The notes under the pieces are model-generated. The model saw only the letters and a program-made list of their open reading frames with translations, was not told the origin of the DNA and did not search any database. DNA of 64,000 nt. It comes from Eledone cirrhosa. Taxonomy: Eukaryota. Location: the NCBI GenBank assembly GCA_964016885.1, contig OZ024742.1, positions 52,204,001-52,268,000 of the forward strand, given 5' to 3'. The position numbers and the translations under genes are program-made. Within the stretch, counting starts at the first letter, position 1, and each line of letters opens with the position of its first letter. This document shows, piece after piece, positions 13,015 to 27,759 of the stretch.

Positions 13015-13113
13015 ATGGTTTCTACAGGGCTAGAACTGTTTCATTCCAAGGAAATCCTCTGAGAAGCTTTGATGATTTATTTGGAATGGAAGTTATAGTC
13101 CTGTAGAAGCCAT
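13015..13113. repeat. Imperfect ~100-bp hairpin abutting (TA)n
   Basis: ATGGTTTCTACAGGGCTAGAAC..CATTCCAA / TTGGAATG..GTTATAGTCCTGTAGAAGCCAT. Confidence 0.7.
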
Positions 13114-14093
13114 GTCTATATAAGATATTTATACTCTGCTATGCATTGACTACTTTACTTACCGACCACTCTTCTCCCGTCTCTGTCCTCTGAGGCATTT
13201 TTGTTCATCGCTGTTTTTGACAGCATTTGGCTGTTTTAATGGCTGTTCTAGCGATGAGTTTTCTTATATTTATATGAATATATTCATATATACGATATAG
13301 TTATACTATATATATCTATATATGCTATATATATAAAAGTCACGCTTATATGAGTAATTTGATCGCATTCGTTTATTCAGCGACTCTTCATATTCTGTTG
13401 CTTTACAACCCCAGAATATAATAGAAAACAAATGAAATAATAAACAGCTATTAATAAAACGTTATTTATATATTATATACATTTGAACAGTTTACTCAAT
13501 ATTTGTAATCTATTTTATGAGAACAATTTAATTTATTTTGTGGCAAAACAAATTGAAATAGAATTAGATATTTCTTAACAAATATATTGGTCATCATTCA
13601 GGTTTCATTCAGTTATATATTTGTTTTGGAATATGTCTGTCTTCAAATTTAGTTACTTAAAATTGAAATTCAATGTTGTTGTTTTTTCTTTTTGTATGTC
13701 TGATTTACTTCATAGATTTAATAGGACATCGTTATTTTCTTATCTCAATTTCATACTAAAGAATACAGCAAATGTCACAAGAATATAGTGATGATATTAC
13801 TGAATATAGATTTTGTAATATTTGGTTGGATATATACCGTTATATATCATAAGGCAAGGCACGTTCTTTTGACAGTTGGTAATTTAATAGGCGTTAAACT
13901 ATTTCATTTTATACACTCATGCACATACACATGCACACATATACATGTATATAAATATACACACACACATACATATATATATATATAGAAGCATATATAT
14001 ATATATATACATGTATATATATATATATTTATATATATATTGTTATGCTTTGGCAGGGTCATGCTGTCAATATATATATATATATATACATGC

Positions 14094-14171
<78 letters not shown>

Positions 14172-14224
14172 TTTTGGAGGGTCATGTTGCCAATATATAT
14201 ATATATGTATATACATGCATAAAT

Positions 14225-14347
14225 ACATGAGGCAGATGTATAAAATTGACATGTAAAAACTGTCGTAGGGTGTATTATATATTTTTTACATGTCAATTTT
14301 TTTACATGTCAGGTTTTACATGTCAATTTTATACATCTGCCTCATGT
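14225..14347. repeat. Hairpin with ~34-bp perfect arms and internal TTTTACATGTCA repeats
   Basis: ACATGAGGCAGATGTATAAAATTGACATGTAAAA and its reverse complement ending at 14347. Confidence 0.8.
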
Positions 14348-14693
14348 CAGCTAGTTTTACACGTTAAAATCGTAGATATACTATACTTCCCACCTAGATT
14401 GATGTTGTGATTATATCAAATAATTTATTGCTAGCATTGTTGATATTGTTGTTATTGTTCTGACTGAATGCCATTACTACTACATATAGCCTGTATATTC
14501 TTTTCAAGCCTGTATATTCTTTTCATTCTCGCAAGCTCCGATGAACTGACTGGTTATAACTTTGTATTGGCGATCGAGTAACGTGAAAATAAGCGGATAG
14601 CGATCTCTAGACCTACCAGTTCAGAGAAACAATTGTCAGCAATGAGATTAAAATCCTTTTTTGTATAGCAAACTGTGTCACTCTTCTTTCCTG

Positions 14694-14752
<59 letters not shown>

Positions 14753-14759
<7 letters not shown>

Positions 14760-15023
14760 GACGTAAAATAAGAAAATTATAAAAATTAACTTACTTACTA
14801 AAATTTCACTCCTATGGAGTGACATTTTAGTAAGTAAGTTAATTTTTATAATTTTCTTATTTTACATCTCTCATATTATTGTTCTGCATCCCCATGCATT
14901 GACATCTCTCATATTATTGGTCTGCATCCCCATGCATTGAACCACAAAGTTACTAAGACAAAACCTATATATTTGCTGGCATAGGTATGCATATGTATAT
15001 ATATGTTAGTTGATATACTAATT

Positions 15024-15027
<4 letters not shown>
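14753..15027. mobile_element. Fold-back element, family F: ~120-bp hairpin plus one-sided tail with a ~40-bp tandem duplication
   Basis: Hairpin centred on CACTCCTATGGAGTG; related to 22831-23288; (TA)n flanks. Confidence 0.7.
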
Positions 15028-15082
<55 letters not shown>

Positions 15083-15318
15083 AGCAATGAATGTTTAAGA
15101 AGGGTGAGCTGGATTTGAAAATTGAATTCGAAGATTTCGCCGTAGATTTGACGAAATAAAGGAGTGTAATAATAACCTGGCGCATAAAAGCGTTGAACGA
15201 AAGATGGGCATCAGCACACATGTGTGCACATCTTCTGTTCAGTGGTTGTATATGTTCTTTTATTATTTCACTATTTCATTGAGGCAACGTTACGGCGAAA
15301 TATGGTAATTCAATATGT

Positions 15319-16640
<1,322 letters not shown>

Positions 16641-16663
16641 ATATATATATATATAAACCTCAC

Positions 16664-16705
<42 letters not shown>

Positions 16706-17774
16706 GTGAGGTTTTTTTACAAAATGAAAAATAACCGAGGTGTCCTACACGAGTGAAGGTATAGAGAGAAAAAGATGAAACCGAAAATGCAACTACAGTC
16801 TTATTTTTTTTAAATATATATATTTATTTGGTTCCTTCACCGTTTTCGCAGTTCTTCTGCTTTTCAAAAGTAGAATTGAGATGGAAGGTCTGTGGTTTTT
16901 CTCACATCTGGTTGGTCTGTGAATGTTACTTGTTTTATATGGAAAAAAGTGGCTCGAAACGTCAGGTTTTTAGAGAAGTAATTTGATTGGTTGGTCAATA
17001 AGTATAATACATGTCGCGCCAGTTCGCGTTACAATGTTCTTCAAAGTTGGTTGATGCAGTCACGTGAATAAGCACATCAGCTTTCGTGCCAGTTTGTTTG
17101 AATTTCTTTTTACTTAAAAAAAGGGGTTCGCGAAAGGTTTTTTTTATAAATGTAATTTGATTGGTTATAAATGAAATTATGATTCTCACGTGAACAAGTT
17201 CATTAATTTCATGCCCGTATTTGGGAATTTATTCTGTAGCCTTTTAGAGAATTGTATGACAAACAAAAGATAATAGTCAAGAGAAGTAGGATGGGAGAAT
17301 TGCTCTGGTTCAGTGAATATGTCTGGTTCGCTGGGGTGTCAGAATTCAGACTTTCTATTGAAATAAAGAAAGTAGAGAGATATGAATGTTTATTTGTGTG
17401 TGTGTGTGTGTGTGTGTGAGTGTGTAGGAAGATGATTCAATTAGTAGAAATGGGGGAGGGAGTTGTGTGTGTGTGTATATGGGTGTCATGTGTGTGTGTG
17501 TTGGAGTATGTTAAGGTGGAGAGAATATATATATTTTGTGTGTGTGTATGTGTGTAGGAAATTGATTCTATTAGTAGAAATGGGGGAGGGAGTTGTGGGT
17601 GTTTGAGGGCGGGGTGTTATGTGTGTGTGTATGGGTGTTATGTGTGTGTGGGAGTATGGTTAGCATGTTAAGATGAAGAGAATATATATGTTGTGTGTGT
17701 GGGGGGGGGGTGTAGGAAAATTATTCCGTTAGTAGAAATATTTTTGAATGAACTTATTTATTCGTATGTGTTCC

Positions 17775-19128
17775 AATCCCACACCAATACGGACTAGAAG
17801 CAATAGGATTCTGGCTAGAGAAATATCCCAATGAGATATCTGGCAGAATAGAAAAAAGCTTCATCACCGAGGGATTAATATTTATCTTGCAGAACAACGT
17901 TTTTGATTTCGATGGCAGTACTTACATGCAAATATCGGGGACTGCGATGCGTACAAAAGCCGCTCCAACTTATGCCAACTTAGTCATGGCATACTTAGAA
18001 GTCTAGATATATAAACAGTCCAAATCAAAATACGGATTGAACTTTCACAAATATTTATCAGAGAAATGGAAACGCTACTTGGATGATTGTCTCATTCTTT
18101 GGTCCCACACACTCGACGAACTGAATGATTTCAAAAATTTAATTAACGGCATCAATAACCACATCCAATTCACAATGGAATACAGCCAAGATCAACTCCC
18201 ATTTCTGGACATATTAATCTTAAAAAAAGATACAAATATTGAAACTGACATACACTACAAAGCAACAGATTCCAAACAATACCTGCTATTCACCTCCAAC
18301 CATCCAAAGCACACGAAGACGAACATTCCTTTTAACCTAGCAAGAAGAATTTGCCAATTGTCTCCAATTATGGAACGCGAAATAAAAACTTCAAGAATTA
18401 AAGGAAATTCTACTCGAAAGACAGTACCCAACATTACTAATAAATAATGGAATAGAAAGGGCTAAAGCAATAGGCATTGATGAATTACGAAAACAGAAAC
18501 AAATTCAAGGTACGTCCAATATTCTATCGTATATCTCAACACACAGCCCAAGAAATGCGAAAGCTTACAACACTATTCACAAGAACATCCCACTATTGAA
18601 ACAAGACCTAAGAATGAAAAAAAGCCCTTGAAACACAAAATAATCAAAAGCAAAAGACAACCGAAATCACTGAAAACATTACTCACCAATGCCAAATTAC
18701 CTACCACAAACCCACAACCAACTGTCAAAAAATGTGGGCACTCTAATTGTGGAACCTGCACTCACCTCATTGAAGGCAACACGTATACATTTCAATCAGG
18801 ACAAACTTTTGCTGTAAAAGAATCACTTCACTTGCTCATCAAAAAATCTTCTTTATGCCATTAAATGTTAAGGATGCAATGAAGATTATATAGGACAAAC
18901 TAAACTCACACTCAGAAACAGAATGACAGTTCATCGCCAACAATTACGAGATCCAGCCACGAGACAGATACTACTAAGCGCACATCTAGACATATGCGCA
19001 AGTAATAAGACACCCAAATTCCAAGTCTTCCCATTTTACCTTTGCGCAACAATACAACAGAACAAATACGAATAAATAAGGAAAATATGTTTATTCAAAA
19101 ATATAGACCAGCATTAAATATCGTTTAA
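17775..19128 (+). pseudogene. PLE RT + Cys linker + GIY-YIG endonuclease, frameshifted
   Basis: GTAMRTKAAPTYANLVMAYLE, WKRYLDDC, IQFTME, LPFLDI, SNHPKH; linker KKCGHSNCGTC; endonuclease LYAIKC..CNEDYIGQTKLTLRNRMTVH. Confidence 0.9.
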
Positions 19129-20507
19129 CATGCTAACCATCCAAACAGACACATACACACACACATAACACCTTTTACTTTAGAAAATAAAAACCCGAAC
19201 TAAATGAACCTTAACATACGTTTACGCAGACAATACAACAGAACAAATACGAATAAATAAGGAAAATATATTCATTCAAAAATATTTCTACTAACGGAAT
19301 CATCCCCCCCCCCACACACTCTCACAAAATATATATTCTCTTCATCTTAACATGCTAACCATACTCCCGCACACACACATAACACCCATACACACACACA
19401 TCACACCCCCACCAAAATACACACACAACTCCCTCCCCCATTGTAACTAATAGAGTCACTTTCCTACACACATACACACACATAAAATATATATATTCTC
19501 TCCACCTTAACATACTCCCGCACACACACACCATAACATCCATATACACACACACACACAACCCCCTCCCCCATTTCTACTAATAGAATCATCTTCCTAC
19601 ACACACACACTCATACACACACAATTAAACATACAAATCTCTACTTTCTTTATTTCAATAGAAAGTCTGAATTCTGACACCCCAGCGAGCCAGCCATATT
19701 CACTGAACCAGAACAATTCTCCCATCCCATTTCTCTTGACCATTATCTTATGTTTGTCATAAAATTCTCTAAAGGGCTACAAAATAAATTCCCAAATGCG
19801 GGCCCGAAATTCAATGAACATGTTCACGTGAGAGTCATAATTTCATTTATAACCAATCAAATTACATTTAGTAAAAAAAAAGCCTTCGTGAGCCACTTTT
19901 TTTAAAGTAAAAAGAAATTCAAACAAACTGACGCGAAAGCTGATGTGCTTATTCACTTGACAACATCAACTAACCAAACTTCACTCATATATGAAAAAAC
20001 AACCTGCCATATTCACTGAACCAGAACAATACCTCCCATCCCTTTCTTTTGACCATTATCTTTTGTTTGTCATAAAATTCTCTAAAAGGCTACAAAATAA
20101 ATTCCCAGATACGGGCCCGAAATTTAATGAACTTATTCATGTGACAGCCATAATTTCATTTAAAACCAATCAAATTTCATTTATAAAAAAAGCCTTCGTG
20201 AGCCCCTTTTTAAGTAAAAAGAAATTCAAACAAACTGGAGCGAAAGCTGATATGCGTATTCACGTGACTGCATCAAACAACCAAACTTCACTCATATATG
20301 AAAAAACAACCTGAGCCCCCCCCCCCCCCTTGTTTGAAGAACTTTGTAACGCGAACTGGCGCGAAATTTATTATACTTATTGACCAACCAATCAAATTAC
20401 TTCTCTAAAAACGTGGCGTCTCGAGCCACTTTTTTCCATATAAAACAAGTAACATTCAAAGACCAACCAGATGTGAGAAAAACCACAGACCCTCCATCTC
20501 AACTCTA

Positions 20508-20543
20508 CTTTTGAAAAGCTGGAGAACTGCGAAACCGGTAAAG
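20508..20543 (+). ncRNA. Minimal type I HHR, U3-A8 variant, in the 3' pLTR (decayed mirror at 16835-16870)
   Basis: CTT-TTGAAAA-GCTG.GAGAA.CTGC-GAAA-CCGG-TA-AAG (one stem II mismatch). Confidence 0.7.
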
Positions 20544-20622
20544 GAACCAAATAAATATATATATATATTTTTTAAATAAGACTCCAGTTGCATTTTCGAT
20601 TTCATCTTTTTCTCTCTCTCTC

Positions 20623-20739
<117 letters not shown>

Positions 20740-20886
20740 ATATATATATATATAAGCAAAGAGATATTTAATTTGCTGGTTATTCAACAAATTTATTTAT
20801 AACAGATTCGAAGCACTCTACAGATTTTCTGGAGTATAATATCAATGATATTAATAAATGGAAACTATATTTATGAAACCATATTT

Positions 20887-20945
20887 ATTTTATTATACAT
20901 ATTTCAAGGGTACCACAATTTTGGTACGTTCTCATCAGATAAAAT
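20887..20945 (-). ncRNA. Type I hammerhead ribozyme
   Basis: Reverse complement reads ATTTTAT-CTGATGA-GAAC.GTACCAAAATTGTGGTAC.CCTT-GAAA-TATGTA-TA-ATAAAAT. Confidence 0.8.
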
Positions 20946-22690
20946 ACAAAATTTGTTTTTTAAATGGTGATATACCCAAGAAACCAGACCTTATCGGTTC
21001 AGGTTCAGTTTGGATAGTGAAAGAAAAATTTCAATTCTATAGGATGAATATGTAAATGAGGGTGGAACGTAAGGCTGAAAAAGAGATCGTTATATTTAGA
21101 CGCTAGGTAAATTTAAATAATCATTAGGATAATTTATATATGGTAAAACATTTTCTAGATCAGTTTCACATCTAATTTGGTACTTAAAAAACAATAATAT
21201 TGACTATTCAATCTCTTGGGGAACGATTTAGAAAGCGCCCGCATACCGAAATATGACTCTGTCAAGAATTTGAAATTTGTGTATTACAGAAATACTTACC
21301 TGCCTATTAATAAAAAGAATGACTTTCAGAAGTATCTTTAATCTATAGAATATATTTCACTTGTTTACATTTTATGTCTTCACTATGTTTTTGTCGAGAT
21401 TTTGTGGTGATTTTAAAATTATATTTTTCTTTTTATCTTATATTTTTCAAATGATATTCTTTTTCAAATGATATTCTTTTTAATGGTTTTCAATGATATT
21501 TTGAAATATATATTTTTTTTTATAATTTTGATAATGTTTCTAAATATACTTATGATGTCTGTAATAATATTTGTTTCACTGTATAGAATTTAACACATGC
21601 ATTGATGTAGATAATACTATCTAAATGCATATATAAAAGAATTATCATCTTTGAAAATATCTAATATAAAATACTTTATAATCATATACAAAATAATATA
21701 TTAAATTTTTCTACTTATATTCCACATATATCTTAATTGTATATTTCTTTAAAAATAAATTCTAGAATTAAATGACAAATTTAACAATTATTTTAACTAA
21801 GAAACATTGGATTTATCTTTTCCTTTATAATGTAACACGCTTAAACATTCCTTCTACGTAACAACTAAATTTTACATAAATATTTATTTTCGTTGACTTA
21901 ATAAATCTTTTGTGAATCTTGATTGAAATATCTGATGTACGAAATAATCTTCTCAAATAAAATTTATAACTACGTCCATTTCTTAACTAGAATATTGAAA
22001 ATGTAAACACAAAATTCTTCGTAACCCTTAACATATATAAAAATGTATCTATCTAGTTAAAATAACAACATATATACTCACCAAAATATTTATATAAATA
22101 CATATAAATAGTTCGTTGTAATATAATAAACTAAAATATACTTACAACCTTAAAATACACTTATAAATATTATCTATATAATATTATAACTCATGATTTG
22201 AATACATCCAATAATTTGTTGTATATCTCAATTTTTTTTTAATTTTAAGTTGGTATTCTACCACTTCAACACATTCTTAACTCTCATATTATTTTCTATA
22301 GATACTATGAAAATATGTGATTGTATAATTAAATAATTAAATATAATTATATCACTCCCTTTACACCATCACACATTTCATCTTAATAATAATAGTGTAT
22401 TTCTAACTATATTTTTTTCTTATATTCATTCTTTAAATTATCTTACACACTAATATTAATATTAACCTCACTTTTTTTTTTCTTTTCTTATTCGCCCATA
22501 TAAAAATGATCCTAATAATTATTTAAATTTACCTAGCGTCTAAATATAACGATCTTTTTTCAGCCTTACGTTTTCAGCATTTACATATTCATCCTACAGA
22601 TTTGAAATGTTTCTTTCACTATCCAAACTGACCCTGAACCGATAAGGTCTGGTTTCTCGGGTATGTCACCATTTATAAAACAAATTTTGT

Positions 22691-22749
22691 ATTTTATCTG
22701 ATGAGAGCGTACCAAAATGTTGGTACCCTTGAAATATATATAATAAAAT
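22691..22749 (+). ncRNA. Type I hammerhead ribozyme
   Basis: ATTTTAT-CTGATGA-GAGC.GTACCAA.AATG.TTGGTAC.CCTT-GAAA-TATATA-TA-ATAAAAT. Confidence 0.85.
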
Positions 22750-22801
22750 AATAAAATAAATATGGTTTTATAAATACTGTTTACATTTATTAATATCATT
22801 G

Positions 22802-22830
<29 letters not shown>

Positions 22831-22834
<4 letters not shown>

Positions 22835-23288
22835 ATTTAGTATATCTACTAACATATGCGTACAGATGTACGCTAATGCTAGCAAATACACAGGTTATAT
22901 CATAGTACCTAGGTGGTTCAATGCAGGAGGATGCAGAACAATACTATAAAAGACGTAAGATAAGAAAATTTAAAAAAATTATCTTACTTACTAAAATTTT
23001 CACTCCAACTAATTAGTTTCTGCAATAGGATAAAGACAGTTACGTAATAAACTGTCGAGAATTCATTGCGTCATCAGGGAGTCTATTCTCAGCTAAGTCT
23101 CCAGGCAATGCGCGGACACTGGGGACTCATATAAAAATAATAATAATTCGGTAAATGGAACAGCTAGCGGGGACTGGATTCCATGCACTGAAAATCTCGC
23201 TGTCACTGGTCAAATGACATAACCTGTGTATTTGCTAGCATTAGCGTACATCTGTACGCATATGTTAGTAGATATACTAAATTCTCTA
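22831..23288. mobile_element. Family F element with ~70-bp terminal inverted arms
   Basis: AGAATTTAGTATATCTACTAACATATGCGTACAGATGTACGC.. and its reverse complement at ~23219-23287; homologous to 14753-15027. Confidence 0.7.
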
Positions 23289-23494
23289 TATTTATCTCCA
23301 AATTACTTATTTGTCGAGCAAACCTGCCAAAACCACTACTAATTTATTGGTGTGTTAGTAGGCTTCTGTCATCTTACCATCCCACTCCTACCGACTAGCC
23401 TCAGTGTCACGTGATTGATTCTTTAGAATCTGCCATTTGACCAGTGACAGCGAGATTTCATATAAAAAACCTCGCTAAACTAATTCATCGCCGC

Positions 23495-23661
<167 letters not shown>

Positions 23662-23753
23662 ATGTATTATATTATATTAGAAACGGAAAAAATGAGACGA
23701 AATTTCATTTCTCACTCTTAGTACGGCTGTTACTATACTTATATTATATTATA

Positions 23754-23942
23754 TTGGCAGTATCGGTAGAGAGTCTGACGCCATGCTTTGGTCCTTTATG
23801 AACTGTTATGGCCCTTTATGAACTTACTTCAAATCCCACCGAGATCACCTTTGCCTTTCATCCTTACGGTGTCGATAAAATAAAGCACCAGTAATACACT
23901 GGAATAATTGCTGGCCTTGTGCCAAATGTAGAAACAATTATA
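23754..23942 (+). mobile_element. tRNA-derived SINE
   Basis: TTGGCAGTATCGGTAGAG head, TTCAAATCCC, GCCTTTCATCCTTACGGTGTCGATAAAAT core, (ATT) tail. Confidence 0.8.
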
Positions 23943-24090
23943 TTATATATTATATTATTTATTTATGTTCATACTATCTGATAATAAATAAAATTTCTGC
24001 TCCCATCCAGGTTGAGCAATGTTTTCCTTTTTTCCTTTTCCACAATAAAGGATACTGCTACATATACATATATATATATGTATATATATA

Positions 24091-24276
24091 TAGGAAAATG
24101 TTCAAGACCCCGATGGCAGAGCTCAAGCCGTTTCGACGGTTATTTCTGGACTGAAATAGCTGTCGAAACGTCTTGAGCTCTGCCGTCGGGTTCTTGAACA
24201 TTTTCCTATTACCCTAAGTATTGAGTACACAGGTGCGTTATGGTCCATCTGGTTCCTTACCACAATTCCTTCGTTA
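24091..24276 (+). mobile_element. Family B fold-back, copy 4 (diverged subfamily)
   Basis: TAGGAAAATGTTCAAGACCCCGA.. hairpin plus the shared tail. Confidence 0.8.
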
Positions 24277-24278
24277 TG

Positions 24279-24329
<51 letters not shown>

Positions 24330-25326
24330 GTTTGTGTGTGTGTGTGTGTGTGCGTGTGTGCGTGTGTATGTGTGTATCTGTGTGTCTGTGTTTTACAAAA
24401 TATTTTTATTTATTTTTGTTTTGCTTCCCCCCTCGTCTCTTTTCGTTGTCAATGTGCTTCATCTGTCTCTTTTATCATTATTTATTTTTTATTTTTGTTT
24501 TTGAATATTTTTTGTCCTTATTCATTTATTTATTCATTATTATTACTTCATGTATATATTTGTATTTGTCTATGCCGATTGATACATATACACTTATGTG
24601 ACAGCTTATTATTTCAGTATATGAACAAAACCTGTCAAAGGGCAAAGGAGCTCTTAAGTGTCAATGACCATCCAAAATCACCGGGAGAGATGACCCCTTA
24701 GCCTTTGTCAAGGCAGAATTCTAGGAGAAGGATAACTCTCATATAACACCTGCAACCCTGATGGTATCCAATGATGTTGACTTGTTCTTCTTTTTGGTAA
24801 ATATCATCTTGGTTAAGAGAGTGGGACTGGCTTTGTGCAGTGCCTTTGCTCACTATAAAAGATTCACGGCACAGGCATTGCTTTATATCTGGAGATCTCT
24901 CTGCACTTGTTGTCACATGGTACCATGGGCCCAGCACTATGTGTCAATAATTGTCACAAGTGCAATGTTTGTACCAGAGTTTTCAAATCGCTGGCTGGAC
25001 TAAAAAGCCACACTCGTTCAGCGCATCAGTAGGGGTTCTACATGGATATGAAGTAGTGGCCGTACTCGAAAACGAGTTGGCAGCCACCATATATATATAT
25101 ATATATATATGTATGTGCATGTGTATATATATGTATATGTATATGTGTGTGTGTGTATATATACTTATATATATATATATTTTGATGCCCTAGTGGCAAA
25201 TAAAAGAAACATATATATATATATATTCCCCTTTTTTTCTTCTTCGCTCGCCGTTTCACCAGCCTCACTTTCATATTTCTTATATTTTTGTTTTAAATCC
25301 ACATTGAATAAATCACAAGGTTTTTT

Positions 25327-25386
25327 TTTCATTCTGACGACTGAAAGCAGATTTATTTGCTTTCAAGAAACCACTGGTAAATGAAA
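25327..25386 (+). ncRNA. Type I hammerhead ribozyme in a ~260-bp insert (25226-25483) between (TA)n tracts
   Basis: TTTCATT-CTGACGA-CTGAAAGCAGAT.TT.ATTTGCTTTCAA-GAAA-CCACTGG-TA-AATGAAA. Confidence 0.85.
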
Positions 25387-25999
25387 TAATCATATTATGT
25401 TGTTTATTACATAACTAATAAGCTCTGTAACCTACATAGAGCACTCTTTTTTCCGGTACCTTTCCGACGGAATTACTTCATTTATATATATATATAAATA
25501 TATAGTTAATAATTCTGATTGTTTATAATCCGTAGAGTTCTCGCTGTTATCTACTCAATCAATGGTTCTACAAAAATCTATGATTTAAATACGAATTTAT
25601 AATTGAGAGGGGACATTTTGCGTTAGTTATTATTATGTATACACCCAGACTGTACAGTTTCTACGTTACGTTCGTGTGCAAAGGTTGCACAATGAGTCAT
25701 ACACTATATTTTTAATATTACATAATCGGGGTGACGCATACATATATGTAAAAATGTATGTATGTATCTATGTATGCATGTCGATTTATGTAAATTTCGT
25801 TTAATGATTACTGAGTAAATACGTATGTGAAATGTATGAAGCTCATAATTTCTGAAAACACACAATGGCCACACCATCAGTATGCGTTTGTTTATCATAA
25901 TACGTGATGTCTTCTCTTTACAACAACTTCCTGTCTTTGTTTTGCAGTTACCAAACATGTTGTTATCAATACAGGAACGCTCGCGCACACTCACCCACT

Positions 26000-26114
<115 letters not shown>

Positions 26115-26255
26115 AGGTGTGTGTGTGTGTGTGTGTGTAGTTGTCGTTATTTATTTAAGTGTTTCTTTGCGTTTGCACCATCTCAATCAACAAACTATGG
26201 TTAGGGCAATCAACGGTCTTATGTACACACTCACACTCACGCACCCAGATATATG

Positions 26256-26376
<121 letters not shown>

Positions 26377-27429
26377 GAATTGATTGTGATTTGGGACAAA
26401 GCAACTAACTCTTCTTCAAATAGAATTATTCAAGAAATGTTGCACATTTATTTCCCAATTCACTGGCTATAAGCAATACCCTTCCATTTGTAAAATGGAT
26501 CATTACAAAAGACCATGGTCCCTTTATGAGCATGATCTTTGGTAAGTTCTTTAACTTACATCTACATTTTCCTGTATCTATCTGCTAGCTATATTATTTG
26601 GAAATAGTCATTAAACAACGATAAGTTGATATATGTAGATCTTGTGTATTCTTACTGCAATACTTTTATGACATAATCAGTTGGATACGGCCAGTTATTT
26701 AATTATTCAACACTTAATGGCACAATTCCAAATTGGAACAGTGCATCATGAGCAAATCAGCTTGACAGATTTCCTCCTTGCCCATTTATCCACAACCAAG
26801 TTGAACCTCAGTACAGTAGGCATGTAAAATAGACACCACATTGCTGATCCTGGTAACTAAAATGAGCTCTGTTTTTGTTTGTTTTTTTCCTGGTTTATGA
26901 TGATTTTTTACAGAATGGTCGAATAAACTACTTGACAACCATCCGAACAGATCACTCAAAGTTAAAACATGTTCATTTTCAAACTTTGTCTAAATAGAAA
27001 AGCGTTGATCAGAAAATGACTACAACATTAATTATGTAGAATTGCTAACTATAAAATATATTGTTAACACCAAAATATTTTGCAATGAATTTATTTTGTT
27101 CTGTGTTTCCTCTCGAATTTTTAACATGAAGGGATATACATATCCTAAAGCATTGCGATATCTAGGTATCCTGGTAAAATTGTGTCTATTTGAATGTCTG
27201 TTAAGAATTATTACACAGAAAATAACAGGTGCATCACTGAATGCTTCGTGCTCATATACATTTATCGATAGATACCAACACACCAGGACTATATTTACAA
27301 GAGATATTAAACTGTGCACTATAAGCTAATAAATCGCTGATCAGATTTTATGGCAGACGTTATATCGATACTATACCAAAAATGCGAACCAAAGCCGATG
27401 GCCAAATATCATTTGGGTAATTCGTTCTC

Positions 27430-27660
27430 CTTCAACATTCTAACAACCTCCTTAGAATCCTTGATGTTCCTAGCAAGGCTGTTTTTTGCAACAATCCCGC
27501 CCTAATGGTAATTCTCAGGTCCTCAAGCCATGCATCTCACCTTTAACTAACTGCTCCCAATGCGGCAACCAGAATCGGTATCATTTCTACATGTCTGATT
27601 ATCCATAGTTTCCTGATTTCCCTCTTCAGTTCAGTATCCAGAATACTTGCCTTCTTATTC
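27430..27660 (-). pseudogene. Old 3' fragment of an R4/Dong-like RLE element
   Basis: Minus strand ends LQKTALLGTSRILRRLLEC*, similar to LQKACLLGTARTLRYVLNI* of the 1130-aa ORF. Confidence 0.7.
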
Positions 27661-27759
27661 TTCTTTTTACGACGTCAATGTAATAATGGACCTGTCATCT
27701 CTTCATACGGAGAAGTGGCCGCTCTACCTGAAGCTACTCTCTGAACTCAGAGTTACGCA

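Larger units (their letters stand above)
16699..20614 (+). mobile_element. Penelope-like element (probably Neptune-type), 5'-truncated, with ~1-kb inverted pLTR at left and 3' pLTR at right
   Basis: Arms ~16764-17772 / ~19241-20614; tail 16699-16763; internal duplication ~19690-19995 / ~20005-20310; RT and GIY-YIG remnants; (TA)n flanks. Confidence 0.9.
20755..22805 (+). mobile_element. PLE family A copy 2: arms 20839-21130 / 22509-22805, left tail, decayed endonuclease fragment and AT-rich 3' region
   Basis: ~21160-21300 (+) translates SVSHLIWYLKNNNIDYSISWGTI*KAPAYRNMTLSRI*NLCITE; tail shares GCACTCTACA..CTGGAGTAT with copies 1 and 3. Confidence 0.85.

Noticed and set aside
24650-25085. GC-richer island with short ORFs, possibly a LINE remnant
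   Set aside because: No diagnostic motif recognised
26424-26547. Possible host exon (AG..open frame..G|GTAAGT)
   Set aside because: No recognisable protein and no supportable partner exons; needs RNA-seq
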